Shown: positions 28,621-38,246 of the stretch, in pieces
Layout of the letters: every line of letters starts with the position of its first letter
Numbering within the stretch: the first letter of the stretch is position 1
From: Parcubacteria bacterium C7867-008
Lineage (GTDB): Bacteria; Patescibacteriota; Minisyncoccia; Phycocordibacterales; Phycocordibacteraceae
Length of the DNA: 64,000 nt
Assembly (NCBI GenBank): GCA_001189215.1
Contig: LFCR01000004.1
Span: 95,391 to 159,390 of the forward strand
Reading direction: 5' to 3'
Notes under the pieces: model-generated
Database searches by the model: none
What the model was told of the DNA's origin: nothing
What the model saw: only the letters and a program-made list of their open reading frames with translations
Position numbers and translations under genes: made by a program

Positions 28621-29937
28621 CTAGGACATGCCTCTAATTTCTGCCCCAATAGCGGTGAGACGAGAAACCAGGTCTTCATACCCACGATTAATGCTATACA
28701 CGTTACGTAATATGGACTGACCATCCGCACCGAGCATAGCAATTAAGAGGATTGTTGCTGGTCGTAGTGCAGGAGGGCACACCAATTCAGAACCACGCAG
28801 ATGACGAGGACCGGTGATTGAAATACGGTGTGGATCAAGAAGAAGGGTATCTGCCCCTAAGCGATCAAGTTCGGTGTAGTAGATCGCACGCTTTTCATAT
28901 ACCCAGTCATGAATGAGAGTGGTTCCCTCTGCTTGTGTAGCAATTACAGCAAAGAACGGAAGATTATCGATGTTCAAACCTGGATACGGTCGTGCATGAA
29001 TCTTTTCAGGGAATGCTGTGAGTTGTGTTGTTGTTGCATCAATAGCAATGTCCGCGAGTTTGGTAATACCATTCTCGCTCACCCCTACATCGGTAACCTC
29101 AAAGGGAAGCCCCATAGCTTCAAGTACGGCAAGCTCTACCTCAAGGAATTCAATCGGTGCGCGGGTGATAGTGAGCTTTGAATGGGTCGTTACCGCAGCT
29201 GCAATAAAGAACATGGCATCAGTGGGATCTTCCGCAACCGTGTACGACACATCTACATTCATTTCCGGTAGTCCGGTGATCGTAAGTGTCGTGGTGCCAA
29301 CACCATCAATCGTTGCACCAAGCAGTTGAAGGTATCCGCAAATCTCCTGTACCTGGTAGTTTGCAGATGCGTATTTAATGACAGACGTACCGGGAATTCG
29401 AGAGGCCGCAAAGAGTGCGTTAATCGTTGCCGTATCACTAGACTCATACAGCACGATAGTCTGTGCAGAGAGCTCCGTGTTGCTTACGTGATAGTGGTCA
29501 CTTTCTGTATCGATCTTCACACCGAATCGTTCAAGTGCCCACAAGTGCGGACGCACGGAACGAAGACCCAGGTGACACCCCCCAGACTGCGGAATATCAA
29601 AACTCTTGAAGTGATGGATGAGCGGACCAATGAACATCAGAATGCTACGCGTGCGGATAGCAGCAGCACGGTCGATACTTGCAAGATCAATAATTTCAGG
29701 AGGAGTAAGGGTAAGAGTGTGATCATCCCATACTGCTTTCATACCGATTGATTCAAGCACCTCAACAAGACGGTGTACCTCTTCGATCTTTGGTACCTGA
29801 TGGAGGGTGGTCGTTCCTTTATTAAGAAGTGATGCTGCAAGCAGTGCAACGGCACCATTCTTAGAGCGATTAGTGAGCACTGAGCCGTGTAGCTTCTTTC
29901 CGCCCTCAATAATGAATCCGCTTTCCGTGCTTGCCAT
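28621..29937 (-). CDS. murA: UDP-N-acetylglucosamine 1-carboxyvinyltransferase
   Basis: EPSP-synthase-fold MurA: KNGAVALLAASLL, catalytic Cys region GGCHLG, C-terminal INRGYEDLVSRLTAIGAEI. Confidence 0.85.
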   Translation of the reverse strand: MASTESGFIIEGGKKLHGSVLTNRSKNGAVALLAASLLNKGTTTLHQVPKIEEVHRLVEVLESIGMKAVWDDHTLTLTPPEIIDLASIDRAAAIRTRSILMFIGPLIHHFKSFDIPQSGGCHLGLRSVRPHLWALERFGVKIDTESDHYHVSNTELSAQTIVLYESSDTATINALFAASRIPGTSVIKYASANYQVQEICGYLQLLGATIDGVGTTTLTITGLPEMNVDVSYTVAEDPTDAMFFIAAAVTTHSKLTITRAPIEFLEVELAVLEAMGLPFEVTDVGVSENGITKLADIAIDATTTQLTAFPEKIHARPYPGLNIDNLPFFAVIATQAEGTTLIHDWVYEKRAIYYTELDRLGADTLLLDPHRISITGPRHLRGSELVCPPALRPATILLIAMLGADGQSILRNVYSINRGYEDLVSRLTAIGAEIRGMS

Positions 29938-30020
29938 AGGGACCTATTGTACAACGAGTATATTCATATAAGAAAATGCCCGCCGGGGTACGGCGGACAC
30001 ATTCGACACGGGACTGGCCA

Positions 30021-30284
30021 TCAGGCAGCATTCAGTAGACCCATAAGTTGTGCATTACTCTTCATGCGCAATCTGAGCTGACCAGGAGTGCCGGCCACAA
30101 CACCAACCGTCTCTCCGGCCAGGTGACCCGCGTAAAGGGTGAACTCTGGGCGATCATGGACCGTGGTGAGAGAAGCTGCATATTCTTGTTCGTAACGCAC
30201 AAAGTCCTCGCGAGTGACTTCACGCCACCCACGGCTATCGTTGATAATGAAGTAGCGACACTGTTCGTCCATCACTGTTGGCAT
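30021..30284 (-). CDS. hypothetical protein
   Basis: Start at the internal Met preceded by AGGAG at 6-nt spacing; the ORF track extends it to 30356. Confidence 0.35.
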   Translation of the reverse strand: MPTVMDEQCRYFIINDSRGWREVTREDFVRYEQEYAASLTTVHDRPEFTLYAGHLAGETVGVVAGTPGQLRLRMKSNAQLMGLLNAA

Positions 30285-30384
30285 TGGAATCTCCTCTGAA
30301 CTGGACTGTACATATGATTTGAAATAAATCAACTTCTGACGATATTTTGTAGCCAAAAGATAAAGGCGTTATGATGAGTGGGTA

Positions 30385-31398
30385 ATGGCATCTTTTTCCC
30401 CTAAGCTAGGTATCGACCTGGGCACTACAAACGTGCTTGTCTTTGTGCCTGGACGCGGTGTTGTTCTGAACGAACCATCCGTAGTTGCTGTCTCCACAGA
30501 AACAAATAAGGTACTCGCAATTGGTACTGAAGCGAAAGCAATGATTGGTCGTACTCCAGACACCATCACTGCCTATCGTCCTATGAAAGACGGGGTTATC
30601 GCAGACTATCGTGTCACCGAAGCAATGCTCCGATATTTCATTCGCAAGGCACTAGGGAAGTGGAATCTTTTCAAGCCCATTGTTCTTATTTCTGTGCCCG
30701 CAGGTGTCACCTCAACAGAAAAGCGTGCCGTCATTGAAGCTGCAGCAAAGGCAGGTGCAGCAAATGCATTCGTGGTTAAAGAACCAATCCTTGCGGCCAT
30801 TGGTGCAGGTATTCCCATTCAGGAAGCACTAGGACGCATGGTGGCAGATATTGGTGGAGGTACTATCGATGTCGCCGTAATTTCCCTTGGCGGTATCGTT
30901 GCCTCAACGTCCGTGAAGTGTGCCGGGAACAAGCTTGATCGTTCTATCGTTGATTATGTAAAGAAGAAGTACAACCTAGCCATTGGAGATAAGACGGCGG
31001 AAGAGATCAAGATTCAAATTGGTTCAGCCGTACCGGTTAACGAAGAGCTTTCTATACAAGTGAAAGGTAGAGACTTGGTGTCTGGTCTTCCCCGTACTAT
31101 CGAACTTCGTACCAATGAAGTGGTACAAGCGATGAGTCGTGAACTACGTGAAATGATGGGTGCGATTCGTAAGGTGCTCCAGGAAACTCCACCAGAGCTT
31201 GCAAGTGACATCATCGATAACGGGATCATCCTCACAGGTGGTTCCTCACAACTCCGTCACCTCCCAGAACTCGTATTCCGTCGTACGGGAGTACAGTCCA
31301 AACTGGCACAAGATGCATACTTCTGTGTGGCGCGTGGTACTGGCATTGCACTCAAACATTTAGATACGTATCAAAAGAGTATTATCTCCAAGCGATAA
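30385..31398 (+). CDS. mreB: rod shape-determining protein MreB
   Basis: [14 protein letters not shown] ... DIGGGTIDVAVISLGG actin-fold motifs. Confidence 0.9.
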   Translation: MASFSPKLGIDLGTTNVLVFVPGRGVVLNEPSVVAVSTETNKVLAIGTEAKAMIGRTPDTITAYRPMKDGVIADYRVTEAMLRYFIRKALGKWNLFKPIVLISVPAGVTSTEKRAVIEAAAKAGAANAFVVKEPILAAIGAGIPIQEALGRMVADIGGGTIDVAVISLGGIVASTSVKCAGNKLDRSIVDYVKKKYNLAIGDKTAEEIKIQIGSAVPVNEELSIQVKGRDLVSGLPRTIELRTNEVVQAMSRELREMMGAIRKVLQETPPELASDIIDNGIILTGGSSQLRHLPELVFRRTGVQSKLAQDAYFCVARGTGIALKHLDTYQKSIISKR

Positions 31399-31404
31399 AC
31401 AACA

Positions 31405-31436
31405 GGACCCGCACACCGTGCGGGTCCCAAATATTT
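31405..31436 (+). terminator. intrinsic terminator
   Basis: GGACCCGCACACCGTGCGGGTCCC plus AAATATTT. Confidence 0.6.
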
Positions 31437-31446
31437 AGTGGCAAGA

Positions 31447-31722
31447 TCAGAAGATGATCACGAACCCAGCCTTGCCAATTGTCTTACCCCCACCGCTGAA
31501 CCCACGATCATCGCAGCGACGTGGTGTATTGCAGTCACGAGATGCCGAGCCAGTGAGGCCTTTCACGAAAAATCGGATAGGCGGAACTGAAGGAGACCAC
31601 CGCGGCATATACGACGTCTGCGGTTGTGCCGGGACACTTCGTTCTGGATACGGCGGGATCAGGTCCTGCGCTGCGGCAGGCACGCTGACGGCGAGGCAGA
31701 GGACAGAAAAGACCATACGCAT
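31447..31722 (-). CDS. small secreted protein, GC-rich
   Basis: Signal peptide MRMVFSVLCLAVSVPAAAQ. Confidence 0.35.
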   Translation of the reverse strand: MRMVFSVLCLAVSVPAAAQDLIPPYPERSVPAQPQTSYMPRWSPSVPPIRFFVKGLTGSASRDCNTPRRCDDRGFSGGGKTIGKAGFVIIF

Positions 31723-31867
31723 CGTAGCCCTCTCAGCGATAGTGGGTGTGCGGAATGCACGTACCTGTATCTAAGAATGCTACTAAGTTATAAGAAGTCA
31801 ACGGTAGTTAAAGAAAAGGCCCCGCACTTGCGCGCGGGGTCTAAAACACATCTCTGCAGCCGTTGTA

Positions 31868-32557
31868 TTAGTAGTTGATACGGCCGCCAACACCGATCAT
31901 GACGTGGCCGCCGTCCTGGATGGACGTCAGCGTACGGTACGCCTTGGTGAAGGCGAACACCGATGCGTGATCGTTCAGCTGATAGGACAGGTCGCCATTG
32001 AAGTTCACGGTCACTGCCTTGAGGGCAGCGCTATGCGCGATCGCCGGGGTCACCCCCAGACTAACGCGCTCAGAGAGCTTTATGGAACATGTGCCGCCAG
32101 CCTCGAGGACCGTTTCCTTGAAGCCGCCGCCCAACTTTTCGTAGGACGCGAACGAGGAGCAGGAACCCGAGATCGGGTACGAGACCGTGACCTTGCCTTC
32201 GGGGATGTTCTTGCCGGCCACGGCGTACCCAGCGACCTGGAAGTCGACGTGTGCCTTGCCAGCATCCACCCCGTAGTTGAGAGTGTAGTCGGTCTCGTTG
32301 AGACTTTTCTTACCAGTCTCAGCATGCCAGACACCTCCGCAGAGGCTGCCGTAGCAGACGGTGCCACTGACCTCCGACGTGGTTCGGTCGGTCAGATTGA
32401 TGCCCTGTTGCGGGAAGGGACGACCACTTTGCAGCGTTATCCCTCCGTTGAACGACCCGAGCGAACCCATGGACATTCCATCCCCTTCAGCGTGCGCTGC
32501 CGAGGCCGAGGCTGCGAGAACAAGAGATGTGAAGAGAACCAGTGAGGTAATGCGCAA
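31868..32557 (-). CDS. secreted beta-barrel-like (outer-membrane-protein-like) protein, GC-rich
   Basis: Signal peptide MRITSLVLFTSLVLAASASAAHA; Gly/alternating-hydrophobic strands; C-terminal ...GVGGRINY ends in an aromatic residue as in OMP barrels. Confidence 0.45.
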   Translation of the reverse strand: MRITSLVLFTSLVLAASASAAHAEGDGMSMGSLGSFNGGITLQSGRPFPQQGINLTDRTTSEVSGTVCYGSLCGGVWHAETGKKSLNETDYTLNYGVDAGKAHVDFQVAGYAVAGKNIPEGKVTVSYPISGSCSSFASYEKLGGGFKETVLEAGGTCSIKLSERVSLGVTPAIAHSAALKAVTVNFNGDLSYQLNDHASVFAFTKAYRTLTSIQDGGHVMIGVGGRINY

Positions 32558-32676
32558 AGGATCCTCCTTATAGCGCGTTGATGAACGATAGCCATACTAA
32601 CTCACTATCTACTTATTATTATGGAACTTATAGTCGGTAAAGTCAAGTGCTGTAGCATCTCCTATATACTGGATAT

Positions 32677-33372
32677 ATGGCGCATCATGCATACGTAGTA
32701 ACAGGGGAATCGGAGCAGGGTATTGCAGCTGCCATCGCTCATGCAGAGCAAGAACTTGGACTTGTACGAGACAATAACCCTGATCTTATTGTCCTTAGAC
32801 ATGGGTTGTTTTCCGTAGATGACGCACGCACTATTAGTGATCGTGCTAATCGTGCAGCAATGAATGGAGATCAGAAGGTAATCATTGTTTCTGCATTGCG
32901 ACTCTTCCACGAAGCACAGAATGCACTCCTTAAGATATTTGAAGAGCCACCGTCTGGCACAAATCTTATATTAGTGATCCCATCGGACGGTATGCTGTTA
33001 CCCACACTCCGTTCACGCCTCCTTCCTCTACCAGGAAGTACCAATAGCAACACTGTTTCAGTAGATGCCTCTGCATTTCTTGGTCTTAATGGGGCAGCAC
33101 GTGAGGCCTTTGTTACAAAACTAGTTGATCGATCTAAATCTGATACCGATGAGGTAAAACAGGCAGCAAGAAACGAGGCAGTGCGTCTTGTAGAGGGTCT
33201 TATGAAGGCAACGTACGCCGTCCGAGCAAGGGAAGCTGATGCGATGAAACAGCATGTACTCACTGATTTCTTGGAAGATCTCTCTCGATTCCTTCCCATT
33301 CTTCATGAACGCTCAGCTCCGCTAAAACTCATATTTGAACACATTCTTTTGGTTATCCCCAAAGGGCTTTAG
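32677..33372 (+). CDS. holB: DNA polymerase III delta-prime subunit
   Basis: FHEAQNALLKIFEEPP ... LLPTLRSR clamp-loader motifs. Confidence 0.7.
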   Translation: MAHHAYVVTGESEQGIAAAIAHAEQELGLVRDNNPDLIVLRHGLFSVDDARTISDRANRAAMNGDQKVIIVSALRLFHEAQNALLKIFEEPPSGTNLILVIPSDGMLLPTLRSRLLPLPGSTNSNTVSVDASAFLGLNGAAREAFVTKLVDRSKSDTDEVKQAARNEAVRLVEGLMKATYAVRAREADAMKQHVLTDFLEDLSRFLPILHERSAPLKLIFEHILLVIPKGL

Positions 33373-33429
33373 GAAGCCCTAATTTGACGGATTAGGGGGT
33401 ATCTGGTAAAGTTATACCACATTAATTTA

Positions 33430-34548
33430 TTGATTTATCAACTGTCTATGGCCGTGAAAAGCACCAAAAAGTCAGCTCCGAAGAAGAAAACCGCTCCGAA
33501 AGCGGCTTCTAAGGCTACGACCACCAAGCTCTCGTTCGACAGCGCAGTTCTCGTAAAGAAACTGCTTGCTGAGGTACCTGAGCGTGCCCGTGAGGTACTG
33601 GTATACCGCTTCGGCCTAGGCACAAGCGCAGAGCGCGAGACGCTCGAGGCTATTGGTGAGCGTTGGAGCATCACCCGTGAGCGTGTACGTCAAATCGAGG
33701 CTGCTGGTCTTGATGCAATTCGTTCTTCAAAGGCATTCAAGGATGCTGGCTCAGCATTCGATGATCTCAGCAACCATGTAAAGACACTCGGTGCAGTGGT
33801 TGAAGAGGACGCACTTCTCAATGGACTCTCTTCTGATGAGAAGGCTCGTAACCGCTTCCGTTTCCTTCTCGTCGTTGGGAGCGCATTCTTCCGTGAGCGT
33901 GAGACCGATGAATTCTACGCACGTTGGCATGTTGATCATGCAACCGCTGAACTCGTACACAAGGCACTTACTCGTCTCTACGCACAGCTTTCTGATACTC
34001 AGGTACTTGCTGAGGGAGAAATGATGGATCGTTTCCTTGATGAACTTAAGGACATCAACGATGCATATCGCAACGAGGAGGTTCTCAAGCGTTGGCTCTC
34101 TCTTTCAAAGACCATTTCTTCTAATCCACTCGCTGAGTGGGGGCGTGCAGAAGCTCCTGCTATCCGCACCAAGGGTATCCGTGACTACGCATACCTCGTT
34201 ATCAAGCGTTCTGGTGAGCCAATGCACTTCTCTGATGTTGCAAAGTCTATTAGCCAGATGTTTGCCAAGGAGGCCCATGTTGCTACCACCCATAACGAGC
34301 TCATCAAAGATGCTCGCTTCGTACTCGTTGGTCGTGGTCTCTACGCTCTCTCTGAGTGGGGATACCAGCCAGGCGTTGTTCGTGATGTGATCAAGACCGT
34401 TCTTAAGAAGGAAGGTCCACTTACTCGCGAGCGTGTTATGGAGGAAGTAAAGAAGGTTCGTTACGTAAAGGACAACACGATTCTCGTGAACCTAAACGAT
34501 CCTCGCTACTTCAAGCGAAACAAGAACGGTACCTACGCTGTTGCGTAA
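33430..34548 (+). CDS. sigma-70 region-4 (HTH) domain-containing protein
   Basis: VLVYRFGLGTSAERETLEAIGERWSITRERVRQIEAAGLDAIR matches the sigma region-4 HTH; the rest of the protein is not sigma-like. Confidence 0.55.
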   Translation: MIYQLSMAVKSTKKSAPKKKTAPKAASKATTTKLSFDSAVLVKKLLAEVPERAREVLVYRFGLGTSAERETLEAIGERWSITRERVRQIEAAGLDAIRSSKAFKDAGSAFDDLSNHVKTLGAVVEEDALLNGLSSDEKARNRFRFLLVVGSAFFRERETDEFYARWHVDHATAELVHKALTRLYAQLSDTQVLAEGEMMDRFLDELKDINDAYRNEEVLKRWLSLSKTISSNPLAEWGRAEAPAIRTKGIRDYAYLVIKRSGEPMHFSDVAKSISQMFAKEAHVATTHNELIKDARFVLVGRGLYALSEWGYQPGVVRDVIKTVLKKEGPLTRERVMEEVKKVRYVKDNTILVNLNDPRYFKRNKNGTYAVA

Positions 34549-34614
34549 GCACTGAATCCCCGAGAACAGCCCGCGTCCTCCAGACGCGGGCTGTTCTCTT
34601 GCTATACTTTCGAC

Positions 34615-35991
34615 ATGAACCCATCGGATCTTCCGTTGATGAAGTTTGTTGTTAAGCAACGCAATAAACTTTCGAGTAAAGGACACTATATTGATTGGGA
34701 ACCAGTCGCTTGGACGTTTGCGATTATAAACGTTCTCTTTCTATTTCTTGCGCCCTTTCAGGCATTACGTAACTTTGAATTCCTTCTGTTCTTTGCGCCA
34801 CTCTGGCTTCCACTTCTCACTATCTACGCTGCAGCGAATCGCGTTGTGCAGTATCGTCGTGCCAAGTTCTTAGCAAAGCAGAAGTACGTACTTCTTGAAC
34901 TACGTCTGCCACGAGAAACTAAGAAGACACCTCTTGCTATGGAGCTGTTCTTCTCAAACATGCACTTTGGTCCCGGTGAATCCACTAACTACAAAGTCTA
35001 CAAACTTGGAAACATTCGCCCGTGGTGGTCTGTTGAAATTGTCTCGCTCGGAGGACAGGTTCATTTCTATATATGGACGCGTGAAGCGCATCGTCGCGGT
35101 ATTGAAAGCTATCTGTATTCTCAGTATCCAGACATGGAAATCATTGAGGCGGAAGACTACAGCCTTATCACCGACCCATCTGATGATGAGCACAAACTCT
35201 TTGGTGAGGAGTTTATAAAATCTATTCCTGATGAAAAGGGGCAGCCAGATCCTTATCCAATAAAGACATACATTGAGTATGGACTTGATAAGGCAGGTAC
35301 TAAGCCGGAAGAACAGATTGATCCTCTTGCACAGGTGATCGAACTCCTTGGCTCTCTTGGACCAAAGGAACAGTTCTGGATACAAATCATGTTCCGTATA
35401 ACAAAGAAGGAAAAGTATAATGGGGAGAAGGACTGGAAAAAAGCTGGGCAAGAAGAGATCGCAAAAATACGTGAGGCAACAAGACAAAAAAGCTACTACA
35501 TTGATCCCGCAACAGGAAAGAAGGTGGAGACCGATGGTTTCCCGAATCCAACCAAAGGACAGCTTGAGACAATCGCAGACATTGAACGCAATATTAATAA
35601 GCCTGGCTTTGATGTTGGTATTCGTACCATTTATTCAGGCCCTAAAGATTCGTATCAGGGATTCATGTCTAGCTTTGTGCTTGCGCTATGGAAGCCATTC
35701 GCAAATGAAACTGGTGCGTCGCTTAAGCAACTAGGGGGATACTCTGCGGGCTTCAATGACTATCCATGGGAAGACCCGAAAGGTCTTGCGCATGACTTCG
35801 TTGAGAAGAAGATTGTGAAGCTCTATCGCAGGCGTGCCTTTTTCAATCAACCATACCAAGGTCCATGGTCCATTATGAGCAGCGAAGAGCTCGCAACACT
35901 CTTCCATATCCCATCAAGTACCATCAACACACCTGGCCTCCCACGTATACAGTCCACCACGAGGGGTGCTCCTACCAATCTTCCTGTGTAG
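34615..35991 (+). CDS. membrane hypothetical protein
   Basis: Two N-terminal TM helices, large soluble domain. Confidence 0.45.
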   Translation: MNPSDLPLMKFVVKQRNKLSSKGHYIDWEPVAWTFAIINVLFLFLAPFQALRNFEFLLFFAPLWLPLLTIYAAANRVVQYRRAKFLAKQKYVLLELRLPRETKKTPLAMELFFSNMHFGPGESTNYKVYKLGNIRPWWSVEIVSLGGQVHFYIWTREAHRRGIESYLYSQYPDMEIIEAEDYSLITDPSDDEHKLFGEEFIKSIPDEKGQPDPYPIKTYIEYGLDKAGTKPEEQIDPLAQVIELLGSLGPKEQFWIQIMFRITKKEKYNGEKDWKKAGQEEIAKIREATRQKSYYIDPATGKKVETDGFPNPTKGQLETIADIERNINKPGFDVGIRTIYSGPKDSYQGFMSSFVLALWKPFANETGASLKQLGGYSAGFNDYPWEDPKGLAHDFVEKKIVKLYRRRAFFNQPYQGPWSIMSSEELATLFHIPSSTINTPGLPRIQSTTRGAPTNLPV

Positions 35992-37009
35992 CATGAGTGT
36001 GCCTAAACAATTTCACCTCCGTACCGTGCTGCTTCGCGCACAGATACAGTCCCTATGGGTGCGGTTCCGTAAAGCCTATGTACTCACACTTGTTGCGTTG
36101 TTCGTCGTTGTGTTTATTCCACTATCAATACTCTTCGTTCCTCCATACCACTTTCCTAAAGGAGAGCTGATCTCTATACCGGCAGACAGCACCAGTGAAG
36201 AGATTGCCGATGAGCTAGCTGATCAACATGTTATACGCAGTGCTGCACAGTTTCGTATCTACACACGTCTAACAGGTGACGATCGTACCCTACAATCCGG
36301 TATCTATGTATTCGATCATGCACTTGGATTAGTGAGTGTTGCGCATCGCATAGCAAATGGAGATCATGGAATTGAAGAGTCTCGTGTCACACTCACAGAG
36401 GGTATGACAAACAAAGACATGGCACGCACTATTGCAGCGGGTGTACCTGGCTTTGATACAAAAGCATTCTTAGAACAAGCATCGACCAGTGAAGGGTACT
36501 TGTTCCCAGACACGTACTTCATTCTTCCCGGTACCACACCAGAAGACATGGTCCTTAGACTACGTACCCAGTTTGATACCAAGATACTAACTATTCAGAA
36601 AGAGGTTGATGCGTCAAAGATGTCTCTGAACAATTTGGTGATCCTTGCATCGATATTGGAACGAGAAGCACAAGGCATTGAAGATATGCGTATGGTGTCT
36701 GGCATTCTCAACAACCGTCTTCGTATCGACATGCCCCTACAAGTCGATGCGGTATTTGGCTATGTGCATGGAGAGAATGGGTACACCCCAACTGCAGCAG
36801 ATCTCGAGAGCGACTCTCCATACAACACGTACCGAGTGAAGGGTCTGCCCCCAACACCTATTGCTAATCCCGGCTTGGATGCGTTAAAGGCTGCGGCAAC
36901 TCCTAAAACTTCTACTTATTTGTATTACCTAACAGGGAAGGACGGTGAGATGCATTATGCGCGAACGTTTGAAGAGCATAAGCGCAATAGGGAGCTGTAT
37001 TTAAATTAG
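35966..37009 (+). CDS. mltG: endolytic murein transglycosylase MltG (YceG family)
   Basis: TM anchor; LILASILEREAQ and NTYRVKGLPPTPIANPG YceG signature. Confidence 0.8.
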   Translation: MLLPIFLCSMSVPKQFHLRTVLLRAQIQSLWVRFRKAYVLTLVALFVVVFIPLSILFVPPYHFPKGELISIPADSTSEEIADELADQHVIRSAAQFRIYTRLTGDDRTLQSGIYVFDHALGLVSVAHRIANGDHGIEESRVTLTEGMTNKDMARTIAAGVPGFDTKAFLEQASTSEGYLFPDTYFILPGTTPEDMVLRLRTQFDTKILTIQKEVDASKMSLNNLVILASILEREAQGIEDMRMVSGILNNRLRIDMPLQVDAVFGYVHGENGYTPTAADLESDSPYNTYRVKGLPPTPIANPGLDALKAAATPKTSTYLYYLTGKDGEMHYARTFEEHKRNRELYLN

Positions 37010-37010
37010 G

Positions 37011-37037
37011 TTCGATCCCTAGTCTCCCAGCAATGCT
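37011..37037 (+). repeat. degenerate boundary repeat R0 (GTTCGATCCCTAGTCTCCCAGCAATGC)
   Basis: Immediately after the mltG TAG stop; matches the consensus at GGTTC...TCCCAGC with internal deletion and substitutions. Confidence 0.35.
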
Positions 37038-37092
37038 TCCGTAATATACAAAGAGAAAAGCCTACTCACGATTCCTCGTTTTCGGCTTTGTC

Positions 37093-37464
37093 TCACGGTA
37101 TCCCGTCCTGATTCATCAGGTCGGTAAGACTCATGGACTTGTACGCGTAGCACCAGCTGCCGCGACCCGTGGCGACATCATACGCGATGATGATGCCGAA
37201 CGGATTTTCTTCCTGCATCTCCGTATCGGGAGCAAGGGAAGCAAGGATGAAGAACTGGTCGGGGTTGCGCGTCGAGAAGAGACCGCTCACGCGTGTCTCC
37301 CACATCGCTACTGGATACTCCTGTTCGTAGTTCTCGCGACTTGAGTAGAACTTGAGAATCTTGTCGCGATTGATGAAATAGGCGTCGAGCAGTTCAATCC
37401 GAGAAGGACCGACTGCCAGTTTGTGTGAGCGACGTAGGTGCTCTACCGCTGTTATTCGAGGCAT
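37093..37464 (-). CDS. cassette ORF, hypothetical protein
   Basis: 123-aa ORF between R0 and R1. Confidence 0.4.
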   Translation of the reverse strand: MPRITAVEHLRRSHKLAVGPSRIELLDAYFINRDKILKFYSSRENYEQEYPVAMWETRVSGLFSTRNPDQFFILASLAPDTEMQEENPFGIIIAYDVATGRGSWCYAYKSMSLTDLMNQDGIP

Positions 37465-37523
37465 GTCGCCCTCCGTTTCCTGGATAAATAATAGTATTAA
37501 TAATAAGACTTGTCAAATATAGA

Positions 37524-37551
37524 GGTTCCAACATCGTCCCAGACTGCCAGC
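37524..37551 (+). repeat. cassette boundary repeat R1
   Basis: GGTTCCAACATCGTCCCAGACTGCCAGC, exact consensus. Confidence 0.9.
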
Positions 37552-37613
37552 AAAAGAAAGACCGCCCCGCTGATTTCTCAGCAGAGCGGCTCATGCAGAT
37601 AGATGGAGGCAAT

Positions 37614-38144
37614 TCAGCCTTCGTCCGGGTATCTCATGACAAGACGCGTGCCACGCTGGACTAGGACGTCTTTCTTAAATGGAACTGCGCCAATAATCCA
37701 TCCTTCTTTGGGCGCGTACATCTGCGATGGGCGATCCGGATTGTACCAGCGTCCTTGCACCATGGCAGTTTCCCCTTCTTTCGGCTGCATCACGAAGCCA
37801 TTTGCCCATCCGTTCATGAGCAGCGCTGCGGGATGCCGTGCATGGTACCTAAGAAGCTCCCACACATGAGCGAACTTGAGACCGAATGCTGGATGCAATT
37901 CCTTCATCGGGAACGGCCGGCGAACGGTCCATATTCCTGCGAGGATTGGAGGAACATTGATTTCCGGGTCGCATTGCTCGAACAGTTCTGACGCTTCAGC
38001 GCGCACGTCTGCGATTTCAGGTTCGCCTGAGACCGGAAAACCGCGATAGAAATGGCTTGCCGGTATGAAGTGCTCGCATCCTGCCAAGGCGACAGGGTCG
38101 TTCTCTAGACGTAGACAGTCAGTAATTTCACCTGAGAGCTCCAT
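37614..38144 (-). CDS. cassette ORF, GC-rich hypothetical protein
   Basis: 176-aa ORF followed (minus strand) by a hairpin plus T-run, then R1. Confidence 0.45.
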   Translation of the reverse strand: MELSGEITDCLRLENDPVALAGCEHFIPASHFYRGFPVSGEPEIADVRAEASELFEQCDPEINVPPILAGIWTVRRPFPMKELHPAFGLKFAHVWELLRYHARHPAALLMNGWANGFVMQPKEGETAMVQGRWYNPDRPSQMYAPKEGWIIGAVPFKKDVLVQRGTRLVMRYPDEG

Positions 38145-38203
38145 GTGACATTCACCTCGTTGCTTTTATGGGTCTGGACAGAACCCTAACACAATTGCAT
38201 AAA

Positions 38204-38231
38204 GGTTCCAACATCGTCCCAGACTGCCAGC
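38204..38231 (+). repeat. cassette boundary repeat R2
   Basis: Exact consensus, preceded by GGTCTGGACAGAACCCTAACACAATTGCATAAA (shared with the R10 upstream region). Confidence 0.9.
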
Positions 38232-38246
38232 TATTTTTGATACACT

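Noticed and set aside
37011-37037. tRNA or tRNA 3' fragment at GGTTCGATCCCTAGTCTCCCAGCAA
   Set aside because: T-arm-like, but no matching 5' acceptor strand, D-arm or anticodon arm upstream, and it overlaps the mltG 3' coding end. Interpreted as a degenerate array repeat (R0).
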